Shown: positions 28,238-39,233, counted from the stretch's first letter. The stretch is DNA of 58,704 nucleotides from Bacillota bacterium (GCA_021811425.1 JAJZPA010000001.1:1-58704), one strand, 5' to 3'. Numbers and translations: made by a program. Notes: generated by a model from the letters alone, not told the origin.

Positions 28238-29920
28238 ATGCTTTTGGAGATGCATGTTCAAAACTTCGGCCTGATGGAAGATATCCGTTTGGAGTTCAGC
28301 GAAGGATTGACGGTGTTTACCGGGGAAACGGGGGCCGGCAAGTCGATGTTGATTGATGCTCTCGGTGTATTGCTCGGCGGGAGAGTGTCGGCCGAAATGA
28401 TTCGGCACGGAGAAGGGCAAGCCCGTGTTGAAGGGGTATTTTCGAGCCTGACGGAACCGCTGCAAGAGAGGCTTGCGGATGCAGGGTATGCGGCAGAAGA
28501 CGACCAGCTCTTCCTTTCACGAGAAGTGAATGCCTCAGGGCGCAATCTCTGCCGTGTTCAGGGACGAACGATCCCTTTGAGCCTCTATCGCTCCCTTTGC
28601 GAAGGGCTAGCTGACATTCACGGTCAGATGGAGCACCAGTCCCTGCTGAAATCCGAAACCCATCGGGAACTCGTGGATGCCTTAGGGGGAGCGGAAGGAA
28701 AGGGACTCTCGGCTGAGGTCGCTTCTGCTGCTCGGGAGTATCGGGCCATGGCTGCCAGGGAGCGGGAGTTGTCCCGTTTGGAAGGCGAGCGCCAGCGACG
28801 GCTCGATATCTTGGATTACCAACTCGCCGAAATCGACCAGATTTCCCCCCGTCCAGGGGAGGAAGAGGAACTCCGGGCCGAACGCAAGCGCCTTAGTCAT
28901 GGCGAAAAGATTGCGAGCCTGGTTCAAGAAGCCTATGAGGTGTTATACATTGGAGCGCAGCGCACGCCCTCTGCGTATGACCTTTTGGCGAGGGCTAAAC
29001 GTGCGCTGAGCGAATTGGCCCGATTGGACCCGGCCTGTAGTGGACTTTTGGAACCGGTCGAAGCCGCTTATTATGCGGTGGAAGATTTAGGGGAGCAAGT
29101 GCGCCGTTACCAGGAGGGGTTTGATTTAGAGCCCAAAAGGCTTGAAGTGATCGAAGAACGCCTGGCTGAGTTGCACCGTCTGAGTAAATACGGTGGCAGC
29201 ATTGAGAAAGCGCTCAATGAGCGGGAGCAGATGAGCGCGGAGCGCGAGCAGCTGACACACTTGGAAGATGAACAATGCCAGATTGCCGCAGCGAAAGAGA
29301 AGGCGCGCCTGCGCTATCAGGAATTTTCCCAGAGACTTACGCTTAAACGCCAAGAAGAGGCACAACGCCTGGAAAAAGAATTGGCTTTGGAACTCACTGA
29401 CCTCGGTCTCGAAAAAAGCCGGCTGGAAGTGCGTTTTGTTTCCGTGGCTGACCCCGATCCCAGAGGGGCGGAACAAATTGAGTTTTATTTTTCCGCGAAT
29501 CAGGGGGAACCGCCGAAGCCTTTGGCGAAAACGGCTTCAGGCGGAGAGATGGCGCGTGTGATGCTCGCCCTTAAAAGTATGCTGGCCGGAGTGGAGCAGA
29601 TGGGGACGTTTGTCTTTGATGAAGTGGACAGTGGGGTCGGCGGGCGCACGATTCAAAAAGTGGGCGAAAAACTCAGGAAAATCGCCCAGGGCAAGCAGGT
29701 TTTCTGTATTACCCATGCTCCTATCGTGGCCTCTTTTGCGGATGAGCATTATGGCATTGTCAAGGAGGTTAAAGCAGGTCGGACACGCACTCAGGTCGAA
29801 CGTCTGAACTCGGAAGCGCGGATCGATGAATTGGCACGCATGCTTGGAGGCGAGGGTGACATTTCCCAACGTCACGCCCGCGAACTCTGGGAAAAGAACT
29901 GGAAACAAGGCGTTTCATGA
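28238..29920 (+). CDS. recN: DNA repair protein RecN
   Basis: TGETGAGKS, IHGQ, ASGGEMAR, FDEVDSGVGG, CITH. Confidence 0.96.
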   Translation: MLLEMHVQNFGLMEDIRLEFSEGLTVFTGETGAGKSMLIDALGVLLGGRVSAEMIRHGEGQARVEGVFSSLTEPLQERLADAGYAAEDDQLFLSREVNASGRNLCRVQGRTIPLSLYRSLCEGLADIHGQMEHQSLLKSETHRELVDALGGAEGKGLSAEVASAAREYRAMAARERELSRLEGERQRRLDILDYQLAEIDQISPRPGEEEELRAERKRLSHGEKIASLVQEAYEVLYIGAQRTPSAYDLLARAKRALSELARLDPACSGLLEPVEAAYYAVEDLGEQVRRYQEGFDLEPKRLEVIEERLAELHRLSKYGGSIEKALNEREQMSAEREQLTHLEDEQCQIAAAKEKARLRYQEFSQRLTLKRQEEAQRLEKELALELTDLGLEKSRLEVRFVSVADPDPRGAEQIEFYFSANQGEPPKPLAKTASGGEMARVMLALKSMLAGVEQMGTFVFDEVDSGVGGRTIQKVGEKLRKIAQGKQVFCITHAPIVASFADEHYGIVKEVKAGRTRTQVERLNSEARIDELARMLGGEGDISQRHARELWEKNWKQGVS

Positions 29921-29955
29921 GGGTTTTATTGAAAAACTAAAATCAGATGGTATCA

Positions 29956-29990
29956 AAACGCTCACTTTTATTTTTTAGTGGGCGTTTCTT
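29956..29990 (+). terminator. Probable terminator after recN
   Basis: AAACGCTCAC...GTGGGCGTTT followed by T-rich sequence. Confidence 0.55.
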
Positions 29991-30179
29991 TACTTTTTGC
30001 CTAAGTTTTTCCGGATTTTATGGCAATACTACAAAATCCTTAGTAATCATGGAACGGATTTAATAGGATGAAAGCAAAAATATATGGACATTTTAAGATT
30101 AGGCTTCGCTTGATTAAAAGAGAAAGCAGGGGAGAGCAGAAGAATCCATGGGGAGAAAGGAATGGAGGGTGATAGAAGG

Positions 30180-31433
30180 GTGAAAATTAGAAGAATCCTG
30201 GTTATCATGAGCCTTCTTCTCAGTACCTTCCTCAGTTTCAGCCCCACAATGCAGGAACTAGCCCACTTTCCGGAATCACCGATCCAGTCTCAGTGGCATG
30301 CACCTCAAATGCATGGCCTCTGGAGCCATTTCGTTACGGTAGAGCAAAGTGAGGAAACCAAAGTCTTGGCTACGGCGTCCCATTTCGCTCCTCAAACCGT
30401 ACAAGTCAGTTACAAGCTTTTTGGGCTCTTCCCCTTAAAATCAAGCGAAGTGCAAGTGATGCCGGAAATGAGCCTGATTCCTGGAGGACAGTCAATCGGT
30501 GTCACTCTCCAAGCTAAAGGTGTGATGGTGGTCGGACAGGCTCCTGTGGTTGGCCAAGATAAGAAGAAGCATGATCCAGCCAAAGAAGCAGGCATTGAAA
30601 TCGGTGATATCCTGCTCAAAATCAATGATAAGGATGTCAAAACCGATCAGGATGTGGCAAGTGCAGTGCATCAAGCTGGGCAAAAGCAGGAGAAAGTCAA
30701 AGTGCTTTTGAAACATCGGGGAGAGCTGGCGGAAAAAGTCTTGAATTCAGTTTACTGCCCAGAAACCGAACGTTTTCGAATTGGCCTCTATGTTCGCGAT
30801 GCGGCAGCCGGAGTCGGAACCCTAACTTTTTTTGACCCGATAAGCAAACAATATGGGGCTTTAGGACATGTGATCAATGATGTGGACACCAATCAGCGCA
30901 TTGAGGTTTCCATGGGACAAGTCGTCGCTTCCAATATTCATTCCATTGAAAAAGGGCGTCGTGGGCATCCTGGGGAAAAAGTTGGCTCCTTTGTGACTAA
31001 CTCCTCCTTTAAGGGAACCATTGAACGCAACACGTCAACCGGGATTTTTGGGAGTCTAGATGGGGATATTCGGCAACCTTACTTTACCAGGCCGATCCCT
31101 GTGGGATGGCAATCCGATGTTCAGCAGGGCCCTGCAAAGATTTACACCGTCATTCAGGGTGAACAAATTGAGGAGTTCGAGGTCATGATTGAACGGGTGA
31201 TGCCAAATCGGACCGATAGTAAAAATATGGTGATTCGAATTACTGATCCGCGTTTGATTCAAGCCACAGGAGGGATTGTGCAAGGTATGAGCGGCAGTCC
31301 TATTGTGCAAAATGGTAAACTTGTAGGAGCCGTGACTCATGTGTTCGTTAATGATAGCCTGCGTGGATATGCAGTTTTTATTCAGAATATGCTCCAGGAT
31401 TCAGGGCTCATCTCAAAGCATGAAGCAGCATAA
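30180..31433 (+). CDS. spoIVB: SpoIVB PDZ serine peptidase
   Basis: IPGGQSIG, GLYVRDAAAGVGTLTF, GALGH, TGGIVQGMSGSP, GAVTHV. Confidence 0.96.
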   Translation: MKIRRILVIMSLLLSTFLSFSPTMQELAHFPESPIQSQWHAPQMHGLWSHFVTVEQSEETKVLATASHFAPQTVQVSYKLFGLFPLKSSEVQVMPEMSLIPGGQSIGVTLQAKGVMVVGQAPVVGQDKKKHDPAKEAGIEIGDILLKINDKDVKTDQDVASAVHQAGQKQEKVKVLLKHRGELAEKVLNSVYCPETERFRIGLYVRDAAAGVGTLTFFDPISKQYGALGHVINDVDTNQRIEVSMGQVVASNIHSIEKGRRGHPGEKVGSFVTNSSFKGTIERNTSTGIFGSLDGDIRQPYFTRPIPVGWQSDVQQGPAKIYTVIQGEQIEEFEVMIERVMPNRTDSKNMVIRITDPRLIQATGGIVQGMSGSPIVQNGKLVGAVTHVFVNDSLRGYAVFIQNMLQDSGLISKHEAA

Positions 31434-31515
31434 TGGGAGAGTCAGTTTCTCTTAAAGGCTGGAAAAACATCCAGTCTTTTTCTAAATTATTCAATATATC
31501 TTTATTTCTCTGAGA

Positions 31516-31540
31516 AGGAATAATAAAAACAATGTCGAAC
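31516..31540 (+). promoter_or_regulatory. sigmaH promoter of spo0A with overlapping 0A box
   Basis: AGGAATA...GAAC (AGGA-N17-GAAC); perfect TGTCGAA at 31533-31539. Confidence 0.7.
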
Positions 31541-31590
31541 ATTTTAAAAGTTTGATGTAGTGATCCGGTGGAGGGAAGGCGAAAGAAAAT

Positions 31591-32412
31591 ATGCAGAAGG
31601 TTCAAGTGTTATTGGCGGATGACAATCGCGAGTTTATCGAGGTGCTTAAAGAATATATCAGCCGCCAGGAAGACATGATATTGATCGGAGTCGCTTATCA
31701 CGGCCAAGAAGCCGTAGAAATGATTTTTCGAGATGAACCGGATGTCGTCGTTCTCGATATCATTATGCCCCACTTAGATGGCCTCGGTGTGTTGGAACGC
31801 ATTCAAACCCTTGAGCATAAACCGCGGGTTATCATCCTCTCGGCATTTGGGCAGGAAACCATGACCCAAAGAGCGGTGAGTCTAGGTGCCGATTATTATG
31901 TATTGAAGCCGTTTGATCTGGATACTTTGGGACGGCGAATTCGCCAAGTCCATGGATTAGAACCATCGGGCTTGAACCCTGTCGCTTCAGGCTTGTCCAG
32001 TGCAGTTCTGACTCCATCTTTTCAGGCTGCAGCGACGAAAGCACCAGTCAGTCAAGCTAAGCATTTAGAGGTAGAAGTGACCCGCATGATCCATCAAATG
32101 GGTGTCCCAGCCCATGTCAAGGGGTATCAGTATCTGCGAGATGCAATTGTCAGTGTGGTACAGGAAATTTCTTTACTGGGAGCTGTCACTAAAGAACTTT
32201 ACCCGATGATCGCTGAAAAATACCAAACCACCCCCAGCCGGGTGGAACGGGCGATTCGCCATGCGATTGAACTCGCCTGGGATCGTGGGAATGTCGAACT
32301 CATGAATCGGTTTTTTGGCTATACGATTGATGTTGACCGTGGTAAGCCTACAAACTCCGAGTTTATTGCGATGGTTGCTGATAAGCTGCGGATGGCTAAT
32401 CTAATGCTCTAG
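31591..32412 (+). CDS. spo0A: Sporulation master regulator Spo0A
   Basis: [11 protein letters not shown] receiver domain; [37 protein letters not shown]. Confidence 0.98.
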   Translation: MQKVQVLLADDNREFIEVLKEYISRQEDMILIGVAYHGQEAVEMIFRDEPDVVVLDIIMPHLDGLGVLERIQTLEHKPRVIILSAFGQETMTQRAVSLGADYYVLKPFDLDTLGRRIRQVHGLEPSGLNPVASGLSSAVLTPSFQAAATKAPVSQAKHLEVEVTRMIHQMGVPAHVKGYQYLRDAIVSVVQEISLLGAVTKELYPMIAEKYQTTPSRVERAIRHAIELAWDRGNVELMNRFFGYTIDVDRGKPTNSEFIAMVADKLRMANLML

Positions 32413-32649
32413 ATAATGGGGTTCAGACAGGATTAAGAACCTACTGCACTTATATTATACTGAAGATTAAAGAAGCCAAACCCGTGGCTTTTTTCTTTTG
32501 GGCAATTTTAGTCGAGAAAGGAAATTATGCGGGTGGGAGCGAAGTGATCCCTATGATCCATGGATTATCTTAGTTATAGGTTTGGATCATTGATGGTGTG
32601 GGAAGAATCCAAGTGGTTGGACGACACGAAGTTAGGGAGGCAGCGCAGC

Positions 32650-34074
32650 GTGTTTACCCGTACAGAAATCGAAGACCTAAGTGCCCAAGTAAATGATCTC
32701 CAGGACATTCGCATCCTGTTAACGGCGATCATCCATTCGACCCAAGATGCGATTTCAGTGGCTGACGAGGAGGGACTGGGAATTTTAATCAACCCGGCCT
32801 ATACCCGCTTGACCGGATTAACTGCCGAGGATGTGATCGGCAAGCCGCCGACCGTGGACATCGCCGAAGGGGAAGAAAGCATGCATATGAAAGTGCTGCG
32901 CACGGGTCAAGCGGTGCGCGGAGTCTCAATGAAAGTGGGGCCAAAGCGCAAGGAAGTGATAGTCAATGTAGCTCCGATCATTGTGCAAGGAAAACAGCGG
33001 GGGTCGGTGGCGGTCTTGCAGGATGTTTCTGAGATCCGACGGCTTTCGGAGGAACTGGAGGGCGCGAAACGCCTAATTCGCCATTTGGAGGCCAAGTATA
33101 CCTTTACGGACATCATCGGGGAGAGTGAGGCAATTCAGGCAGCGATTGAGCAAGCAGAGCGTGCAGCGTTGACCCCGGCCACGGTAATGCTACGCGGAGA
33201 AAGCGGCACCGGCAAAGAACTTTTCGCACATGCGATTCATCGCCACAGTATCCGCCAAAAGGGTCAATTCCTACGTGTCAACTGTGCAGCTTTGACGGAT
33301 AGCCTTCTGGAAAGCGAACTTTTCGGCTATGTAGAAGGGGCGTTTACGGGGGCACGTCGTGGAGGTAAGACAGGGCTCTTTGAGGAAGCCAATGGCGGTA
33401 CGTTGTTCCTGGATGAAATCGGGGACATTAGCTTAAATTTGCAGACTAAGCTTTTGCGTGTCCTTCAGGAGCGGGAAGTGATTCGGGTGGGGGACAATCA
33501 GCCCATCAGTGTGGATGTGCGGGTGATCGCCGCGACCAATGCCAATTTGGAGGAAAAGCTGCGAGCTGGATATTTCCGCGAAGATCTTTATTACCGCCTC
33601 AATGTGATCCCAGTCTTGATTCCACCGCTGCGCCAGCGGCGTTCGGATATTCCCCATTTGGTACATCATTTGATCCGAAGGTTTAATCAGGATTATGGCC
33701 GTTGCGTAGAACAGGTTAAGGAGGAAGCCCTCCAGACACTAGAGCAGTATGACTGGCCAGGAAATGTACGGGAACTGGAGAATGTCTTGGGTCGGGCGAT
33801 TATTAATATGAAAGTCGGGGATACGGTGATGGAAGCTTCATATCTTCCGTTTTTAGCGCAGCGGTCTGGGCCTTCCCGCAGTGAGGTTGCAGTGGTGGGG
33901 CAGGTGTCCATGCCTGCGCTTGCGAGCTTTGAGGAAATGCAGCGGCAATGGGAGCGGGAGGTTCTGATGCGAGCGCTGGCACAGGCAGGAGGAAATAAGA
34001 CCAAAGCAGCTCAGGTCTTGGGGATGTCAATTCGAAACTTCTATTATAAGTTGGGGCGGCATGATCTCGCCTGA
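32650..34074 (+). CDS. sigma54 enhancer-binding protein (PAS-AAA-HTH), BkdR-like
   Basis: PAS domain, [35 protein letters not shown], Fis-type HTH. GTG 32650 follows GGGAGG; the ORF track starts at 32560. Confidence 0.9.
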   Translation: MFTRTEIEDLSAQVNDLQDIRILLTAIIHSTQDAISVADEEGLGILINPAYTRLTGLTAEDVIGKPPTVDIAEGEESMHMKVLRTGQAVRGVSMKVGPKRKEVIVNVAPIIVQGKQRGSVAVLQDVSEIRRLSEELEGAKRLIRHLEAKYTFTDIIGESEAIQAAIEQAERAALTPATVMLRGESGTGKELFAHAIHRHSIRQKGQFLRVNCAALTDSLLESELFGYVEGAFTGARRGGKTGLFEEANGGTLFLDEIGDISLNLQTKLLRVLQEREVIRVGDNQPISVDVRVIAATNANLEEKLRAGYFREDLYYRLNVIPVLIPPLRQRRSDIPHLVHHLIRRFNQDYGRCVEQVKEEALQTLEQYDWPGNVRELENVLGRAIINMKVGDTVMEASYLPFLAQRSGPSRSEVAVVGQVSMPALASFEEMQRQWEREVLMRALAQAGGNKTKAAQVLGMSIRNFYYKLGRHDLA

Positions 34075-34094
34075 CAAATTGAATAATTTTGCAG

Positions 34095-34126
34095 GCAAAA
34101 TATTGCGTTGTCTGCATAAACTTGCA
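34095..34126. promoter_or_regulatory. Putative upstream activator sites for the sigma54 activator
   Basis: Dyads GCAAAATATTGC (34095-34106) and TGCATAAACTTGCA (34113-34126), about 125-155 bp upstream of the -24/-12 element. Confidence 0.55.
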
Positions 34127-34249
34127 TACTTTGTGGGGAAGAAGGAAAAAGGGACACGAACGCTTGGGGGAAGTGGAGGTTCCATTCGGCTGGGAAAACA
34201 GACTTTTCATCCCATTCAGATAAAAAATGTGGGAGTTTGTTTGTTTCTC

Positions 34250-34265
34250 TGGCATTGGTTTTGCA
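34250..34265 (+). promoter_or_regulatory. sigma54 (-24/-12) promoter
   Basis: TGGCAT-N5-TTGCA. Confidence 0.8.
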
Positions 34266-34348
34266 TTGAAAGGGGGTATCCCTCTAAAATGTGAGGGATA
34301 TCATGTGAGCGAACTGTAATTGTTGCAAATGAAAAGGAGGAATGGTTT

Positions 34349-35416
34349 ATGAAGATCTTTGAGTACATGGAGAAGTATGATTATGAGCAATTAGTCATTT
34401 GTCAGGACAATAATTCTGGCCTGAAAGCGGTGATTTGCGTCCATGATACGACTTTAGGTCCGGCTCTGGGCGGTACCCGGATGTGGAATTATCGCTCTGA
34501 AGAGGATGCGATCGTGGATGCCTTGCGTTTGGCGCGAGGAATGACTTATAAGAATGCAGCGGCTGGCTTAAACTTGGGCGGGGGCAAGGCCGTGATCATT
34601 GGGGATTCCCACACCCAAAAGAGCGAAGAACTCTTTCGGGCTTTTGGACGGTATGTCCAGTCCCTCAATGGACGCTATATCACGGCTGAGGATGTCGGGA
34701 CGAGCGTACAGGATATGGATTGGGTGCATATGGAGACAAAATTTGTCACCGGGGTCTCTTCATTCTTCGGTTCCTCAGGCGACCCTTCCCCGATGACGGC
34801 TTTGGGGGTCTTTCAGGGCATGAAAGCCGCAGCCAAGGAAGTATATGGTTCCGATTCCTTGGAAGGAAAGACCGTGGCCATTCAAGGGTTGGGGCATGTC
34901 GGGTATTATTTGGCTAAACACCTAACCGATGAGGGGGCGAAACTGATCGTCACAGATATCAATCCGGAAGCGGTCAAGCGGGTCGTGCGCGAGTTTGTGG
35001 CTAAATCGATGGCACCAGAAGACATCGTGGGCGCGAAATGCGATATCTTTGCTCCTTGTGCGCTGGGTGCGGTGATCAATGATGAGACGATTCCAAAATT
35101 GAAGTGCCAGATCGTGGCGGGGGCTGCCAACAATGTCTTAAAAGAAGAGCGTCACGGCGACCGTCTGCATGAACTGGGAATTCTCTATGCGCCCGATTAT
35201 GTGATCAATGCGGGCGGGGTGATCAATGTGGCGGATGAACTAGACGGGTATCATTATGAACGCGCCTTAAAAAAAGTTGAAGGGGTCTATGAGAATGTGG
35301 CCCGCGTCCTGCGGATTGCTAAACGGGACAATATTCCGACCTATAAAGCAGCGGATCGCATGGCCGAAGAGCGCATCGCTAAGATTGGGAAAGTCAGGAG
35401 CAGATTTTTAGGTTAA
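34349..35416 (+). CDS. bcd: Leucine (branched-chain amino acid) dehydrogenase
   Basis: [53 protein letters not shown]. Confidence 0.92.
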   Translation: MKIFEYMEKYDYEQLVICQDNNSGLKAVICVHDTTLGPALGGTRMWNYRSEEDAIVDALRLARGMTYKNAAAGLNLGGGKAVIIGDSHTQKSEELFRAFGRYVQSLNGRYITAEDVGTSVQDMDWVHMETKFVTGVSSFFGSSGDPSPMTALGVFQGMKAAAKEVYGSDSLEGKTVAIQGLGHVGYYLAKHLTDEGAKLIVTDINPEAVKRVVREFVAKSMAPEDIVGAKCDIFAPCALGAVINDETIPKLKCQIVAGAANNVLKEERHGDRLHELGILYAPDYVINAGGVINVADELDGYHYERALKKVEGVYENVARVLRIAKRDNIPTYKAADRMAEERIAKIGKVRSRFLG

Positions 35417-35459
35417 TCAGAGTCTATTGAAGCGGAGCATAAACCCTGAAGACAGGTTC

Positions 35460-35490
35460 AACCGGAGTTCATCATGACTCCGGTTTTGTT
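35460..35490 (+). terminator. Terminator after bcd
   Basis: AACCGGAGT...ACTCCGGTT then TTGTT. Confidence 0.6.
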
Positions 35491-35589
35491 GTATGGGGGA
35501 AGGGATTTCTTCAATTAGGGAGAATTAATTAAAGAGTCGGGTCAGTTTTTGAACAAAGTAAATACAATAAAGGCGGAGAGATGAACGAC

Positions 35590-36132
35590 ATGTCTAATGA
35601 TCCCAAGGATTATACGGAGACGCAAATTAGCCATCAGAGTGTGTTTGACGGGCGCATGATCCGGGTAGAACTGGATACGGTGCGCCTTCCCAATGGGAAG
35701 GCGACCAGCCGCGAAGTGGTGCGGCATCCGGGGGCTGTAGGGATTGTCGCTTTAAAAGGGGAAGACGTTCTGCTTGTGCGCCAGTACCGTTATCCCGTAG
35801 GAGAGGAGACGCTGGAAATCCCGGCTGGAAAGCTGGATCCAGGGGAAGCTCCGTCCGTCTGTGCTGAACGGGAATTGCGGGAAGAGACGGGCTACAGCGG
35901 GAAGTTTACCCTTCTTGGTTCAGTCTTCACGACCCCTGGTTTTACCGATGAGGTGATGCATCTTTTCCTGGCAGAGGATTTGGTTTGGGATCCCCTGACA
36001 CCGGATTCAGACGAATTCTTGCATGTTGAGCCGATCGCTTGGGAGGAAGCACTCACTCGGGCGAAGCAGGGCGGATTTAACGATGCGAAAACCATCTTAG
36101 GCCTTCTCTGGGTTCAGGGGAGAATGGCATGA
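35590..36132 (+). CDS. nudF: ADP-ribose pyrophosphatase (Nudix)
   Basis: REVVRHPGAV, VRQYRYP, Nudix box GKLDPGE...AERELREETG, DAKT. Alternative start 35581. Confidence 0.9.
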   Translation: MSNDPKDYTETQISHQSVFDGRMIRVELDTVRLPNGKATSREVVRHPGAVGIVALKGEDVLLVRQYRYPVGEETLEIPAGKLDPGEAPSVCAERELREETGYSGKFTLLGSVFTTPGFTDEVMHLFLAEDLVWDPLTPDSDEFLHVEPIAWEEALTRAKQGGFNDAKTILGLLWVQGRMA

Positions 36133-37280
36133 TTTATGCAGATCTTCATGTTCATATTGGCCGCAGCCTCGATGGGAAACCGGTGAAGATTACCGCAGCC
36201 GCGACACTCACTCTGCCCAATATCATCAGGGAAGCCCGTGATCTCAAAGGACTCTCGTTGATAGGCTTGGTGGATGCTCATTCCAGGGGCGTGCGGCACG
36301 ATTTCGCGGCTCTTCTGGAGGAAGGCGTACTCAAGCCCCTGCCCGGAGGGGGTTACCAGGCGGGTGGCTTGACGGTGATTCCGGGCTCCGAGGTAGAGTT
36401 GAGTTTGGGAAGCGGAAGTGCCCATCTCCTCGCTTATTTTCCGGAGCTGGCTGCGGTTGAGGACTATGTAAAAAGGCTAAAGCCGTACGTAAAAAACTGG
36501 CAACTGAGTTCTCAAAAAGCCTTTGTCTCGGTTGAGGACTGGATCCAAGCAGTGGAGAGGGCCAATGGAGTTTGGCTCCCGGCGCATGCCTTTACCCCTC
36601 ACAAAGGGATCTATGGAAATTGCTGCCGTTCTTTGCACGAGGTGCTCCCCAAGATGCCGCTCGGCCTCGAAATCGGACTGAGTGCCGATCGGCAGATGGC
36701 ACGTACCTTGAGTGAGTTGGACGGGGTGGAACTCTTCAGCAACTCGGATGCTCATTCTCTGCCTAATTTAGCCCGGGAGTACAATGTCCTGAGCTTAAGC
36801 GAAAATTCCTTTGAGGGGTTGAAATTACTCCTGGAGAAAAAGAGCGGAACACTGATCGCTAATTACGGACTGATGCCGGAAGTGGGCAAATACCACCGTA
36901 CGTATTGCCTGGTTTGTGAAGCGGTCGTGCCGGAGGAGCCACCGGTGCTCGTCTGTCCTCGCTGCGGGAGCACTAAAGTGGTGATGGGGGTAATGGATCG
37001 CCTCGTGACCATTGCGGATCGCTCGATAGAGCTTTCTCTGGGTGCCTATCATTACCAGATTCCGCTGCGCCAGCTTCCGGGTGTTGGGCCAAAGATGATC
37101 CAGAGGCTTCTGGCAAGTTTCGGGACGGAAATGGCGATCCTCCATGAGGTTTTGCTGGAAGACATCGCTCGCGTAGGCGGGGATAAGATTGCCCGCCTGA
37201 TAGAGCATTCCCGCAGCGGAACGCTACAGGTTTCAGCCGGGGGAGGTGGGTTGTTCGGTAAGGTTGTGGACAGGTACTAG
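36129..37280 (+). CDS. Endonuclease Q family (YqxK/TIGR00375) PHP protein
   Basis: DLHVHIG, PAHAFTP, NSDAHS, GKYHRTYC..C, CPRCG, GGGGLFGK; nudF-yqxK-spoIIM synteny. Confidence 0.88.
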   Translation: MIYADLHVHIGRSLDGKPVKITAAATLTLPNIIREARDLKGLSLIGLVDAHSRGVRHDFAALLEEGVLKPLPGGGYQAGGLTVIPGSEVELSLGSGSAHLLAYFPELAAVEDYVKRLKPYVKNWQLSSQKAFVSVEDWIQAVERANGVWLPAHAFTPHKGIYGNCCRSLHEVLPKMPLGLEIGLSADRQMARTLSELDGVELFSNSDAHSLPNLAREYNVLSLSENSFEGLKLLLEKKSGTLIANYGLMPEVGKYHRTYCLVCEAVVPEEPPVLVCPRCGSTKVVMGVMDRLVTIADRSIELSLGAYHYQIPLRQLPGVGPKMIQRLLASFGTEMAILHEVLLEDIARVGGDKIARLIEHSRSGTLQVSAGGGGLFGKVVDRY

Positions 37281-37289
37281 CGTAGTGGA

Positions 37290-37318
37290 CATACTTTCCT
37301 AAACAAGCACATAGATAT
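37290..37318 (+). promoter_or_regulatory. Putative sigmaE promoter of spoIIM
   Basis: CATA-N16-CATAGAT. Confidence 0.6.
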
Positions 37319-37349
37319 CCTCTGAAAGGATGTTTCTGGAAAGAGGGGG

Positions 37350-37955
37350 ATGTCCATGTGGAAGAAGATGAAGGAACACATCCGGCAATACTGGGTTATT
37401 TACCTTAGCCTTGCTGGTTTTTATGTGGCCGGGATTGTCCTGGGGGCTGTGGGCGTCGGGGCTTTAAGCAACCCAGAGGCCGTTTTGCTCTCAAAATTTC
37501 TGGACCAACTTTTGACTAGTCAGCCGACCGGGCTTGAAAGCAGCTTTCTCCAAATCTTAGCACGGGATACGCTCATCATGATGGCGGGGATTTGGCTTTT
37601 GGGGTTAACGGTGATCGGGGCGCCCCTCATTTACCTCATCGTGCTCACACGTGGGTTTGTTCTCGGGTTTACCATTAGTTTCATCATCGGCGTTAAAGGA
37701 GTCTTAGGAATTGCTTTGGTTCTGGTGAGTGTGCTGCTTCCGGGGCTCGCGTCGATTCCCCTCCTTTTCCTGGGGGCAGGTTTAGCTACGATTTTTTCCT
37801 TCCTGCTCTTGCGGGGCAAGGCGAAAGGGGAATCCTTAAGGCAGGAGTTTTTTTACTATACGCTGGCCGCTGCTCTGGTTTCCCTGGGTTCGGCCGTCAC
37901 CGGAGCAGCCCAAGGGTATTTCTCCCTGCTTGGCATCCGTTTGCTGGGATTGTAA
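37350..37955 (+). CDS. spoIIM: Stage II sporulation protein M
   Basis: IWLLGLTVIGAPLI...RGFVLGFT, multiple TM helices; synteny. Confidence 0.9.
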   Translation: MSMWKKMKEHIRQYWVIYLSLAGFYVAGIVLGAVGVGALSNPEAVLLSKFLDQLLTSQPTGLESSFLQILARDTLIMMAGIWLLGLTVIGAPLIYLIVLTRGFVLGFTISFIIGVKGVLGIALVLVSVLLPGLASIPLLFLGAGLATIFSFLLLRGKAKGESLRQEFFYYTLAAALVSLGSAVTGAAQGYFSLLGIRLLGL

Positions 37956-37978
37956 TGTAGCCGCCTTTGGCATGGGTA

Positions 37979-38194
37979 CTATTCATCCGGGAAACTATGA
38001 ATAACAAATTCGCTCCAAGGACTGCTTTCGACTCGCATGGGATTCCCCCTGGGCTTGCGGTTATCATGACCAAGGGAAGACATCCAGCCACCCCAAATCA
38101 GAGCCAGCTTCGGCAAAAGGAAAGCCAAGAGCGCCAGAAGTAAAAATATCCTACCCAAATAAAGGAAGAAGTCTCCCCAACTCTGTTTCTGCAT
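37979..38194 (-). CDS. Small single-TM hypothetical protein, probably sigmaE-controlled
   Basis: RBS GGAGG before ATG 38194; one TM helix, then KPRGNPMRV; upstream AATA-N17-CATAGAT on the minus strand. Confidence 0.6.
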   Translation of the reverse strand: MQKQSWGDFFLYLGRIFLLLALLAFLLPKLALIWGGWMSSLGHDNRKPRGNPMRVESSPWSEFVIHSFPDE

Positions 38195-38285
38195 TCCTTT
38201 ACCCTCCATCCCTTATATCTATGCGCTTTCGGATTGTCCGTATTAGCTGCCACGATTAAAAAGTGATCTAATAGAATAATTTAAG

Positions 38286-38310
38286 AGGAATAATCTTGTC
38301 CGCGTAGAAC
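38286..38310 (+). promoter_or_regulatory. Putative sigmaH promoter of xerD-deoB-punA-pdp
   Basis: AGGAATA...GAAC (AGGA-N17-GAAC). Confidence 0.5.
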
Positions 38311-38345
38311 ATTTTCAAAAGAGAGGATGAGCGGGGGGAGCGCTG

Positions 38346-39233
38346 ATGACCATGGATGTGATGGGAGATTATTTGGCCTTTCTGCGGATTGAGAAAGGTC
38401 TATCTCCTAATACCTTGAAAGCCTATGAACGGGATCTGAGGCTCTTTGCTTCCTTTATTGCCCGTCGGAAACAAGATACCCTCAATTGTGAAGCGAATGA
38501 CCTCTTTCTTTTTATCTATGAGTCCAAACGGGCGGGCAAGGCGGCCAGAAGCGTGGCTCGCTATACGGCAACCTTACGCGGGTTTTTTGCTTTTCTTCTG
38601 GTGGAAGGTCTGCGTGTTGATGATCCTACGCTTTATTTGGATCCGCCGAAATTGGAGAAGTCCTTGCCGCGAGTTTTGTCCGAAGAGACGATGGACAAGC
38701 TATTAGAAGCGTCAGCCCAGGATGATCTAGGGGTGCGCAACCTAGCGATGATTGAAGTGCTCTATGGGAGCGGGCTGCGTGTGTCTGAACTGATCGGCCT
38801 GAGGATTGCGGATGTTTCTTTAGAAATCGGATATTTGCGCTGTTTGGGCAAGGGAGGCAAGGAACGCATCGTCCCCTTAGGCGAACCGGCGGCTGTGGCC
38901 TTGCAGCGTTATCTTAAGGGGCCACGCGAGCGCTTGCGGCGGAAGCTCTCCACCGACGCAATATTTCTCAACAGTAAGGGGCGAAAACTCACGCGCCAGG
39001 GGTTTTGGCTGATCCTCAAGGAGTGGGCCAAGGAGCACGGGGTTGAGGAGGATATCTACCCCCACATGCTCAGACACACGTTCGCGACGCATTTGGTCGA
39101 TCATGGGGCGGATTTGCGTTCCGTGCAGGAACTTCTCGGCCATGCGGATATTTCGACGACCCAGATCTATACGCACTTGAGTCGCAAAAAGATCCTGGAG
39201 GTTTTCCGAAAGGCCCACCCTCGTGCAGAGTAA
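38346..39233 (+). CDS. xerD: Tyrosine recombinase XerD (RipX)
   Basis: EKGLSPNTLKAY, GLRVSEL, GKGGKERIVP, PHMLRHTFATH, VQELLGHADISTTQIYTH, HPRA. Confidence 0.96.
   Translation: MTMDVMGDYLAFLRIEKGLSPNTLKAYERDLRLFASFIARRKQDTLNCEANDLFLFIYESKRAGKAARSVARYTATLRGFFAFLLVEGLRVDDPTLYLDPPKLEKSLPRVLSEETMDKLLEASAQDDLGVRNLAMIEVLYGSGLRVSELIGLRIADVSLEIGYLRCLGKGGKERIVPLGEPAAVALQRYLKGPRERLRRKLSTDAIFLNSKGRKLTRQGFWLILKEWAKEHGVEEDIYPHMLRHTFATHLVDHGADLRSVQELLGHADISTTQIYTHLSRKKILEVFRKAHPRAE

Noticed and set aside
38346..39233. Tyrosine recombinase as a mobile-element integrase or the invertase for spoIIA
   Set aside because: Sequence and spoIIM-xerD-deoB synteny identify housekeeping XerD; no att or dif-like sites were seen at the inversion junctions.
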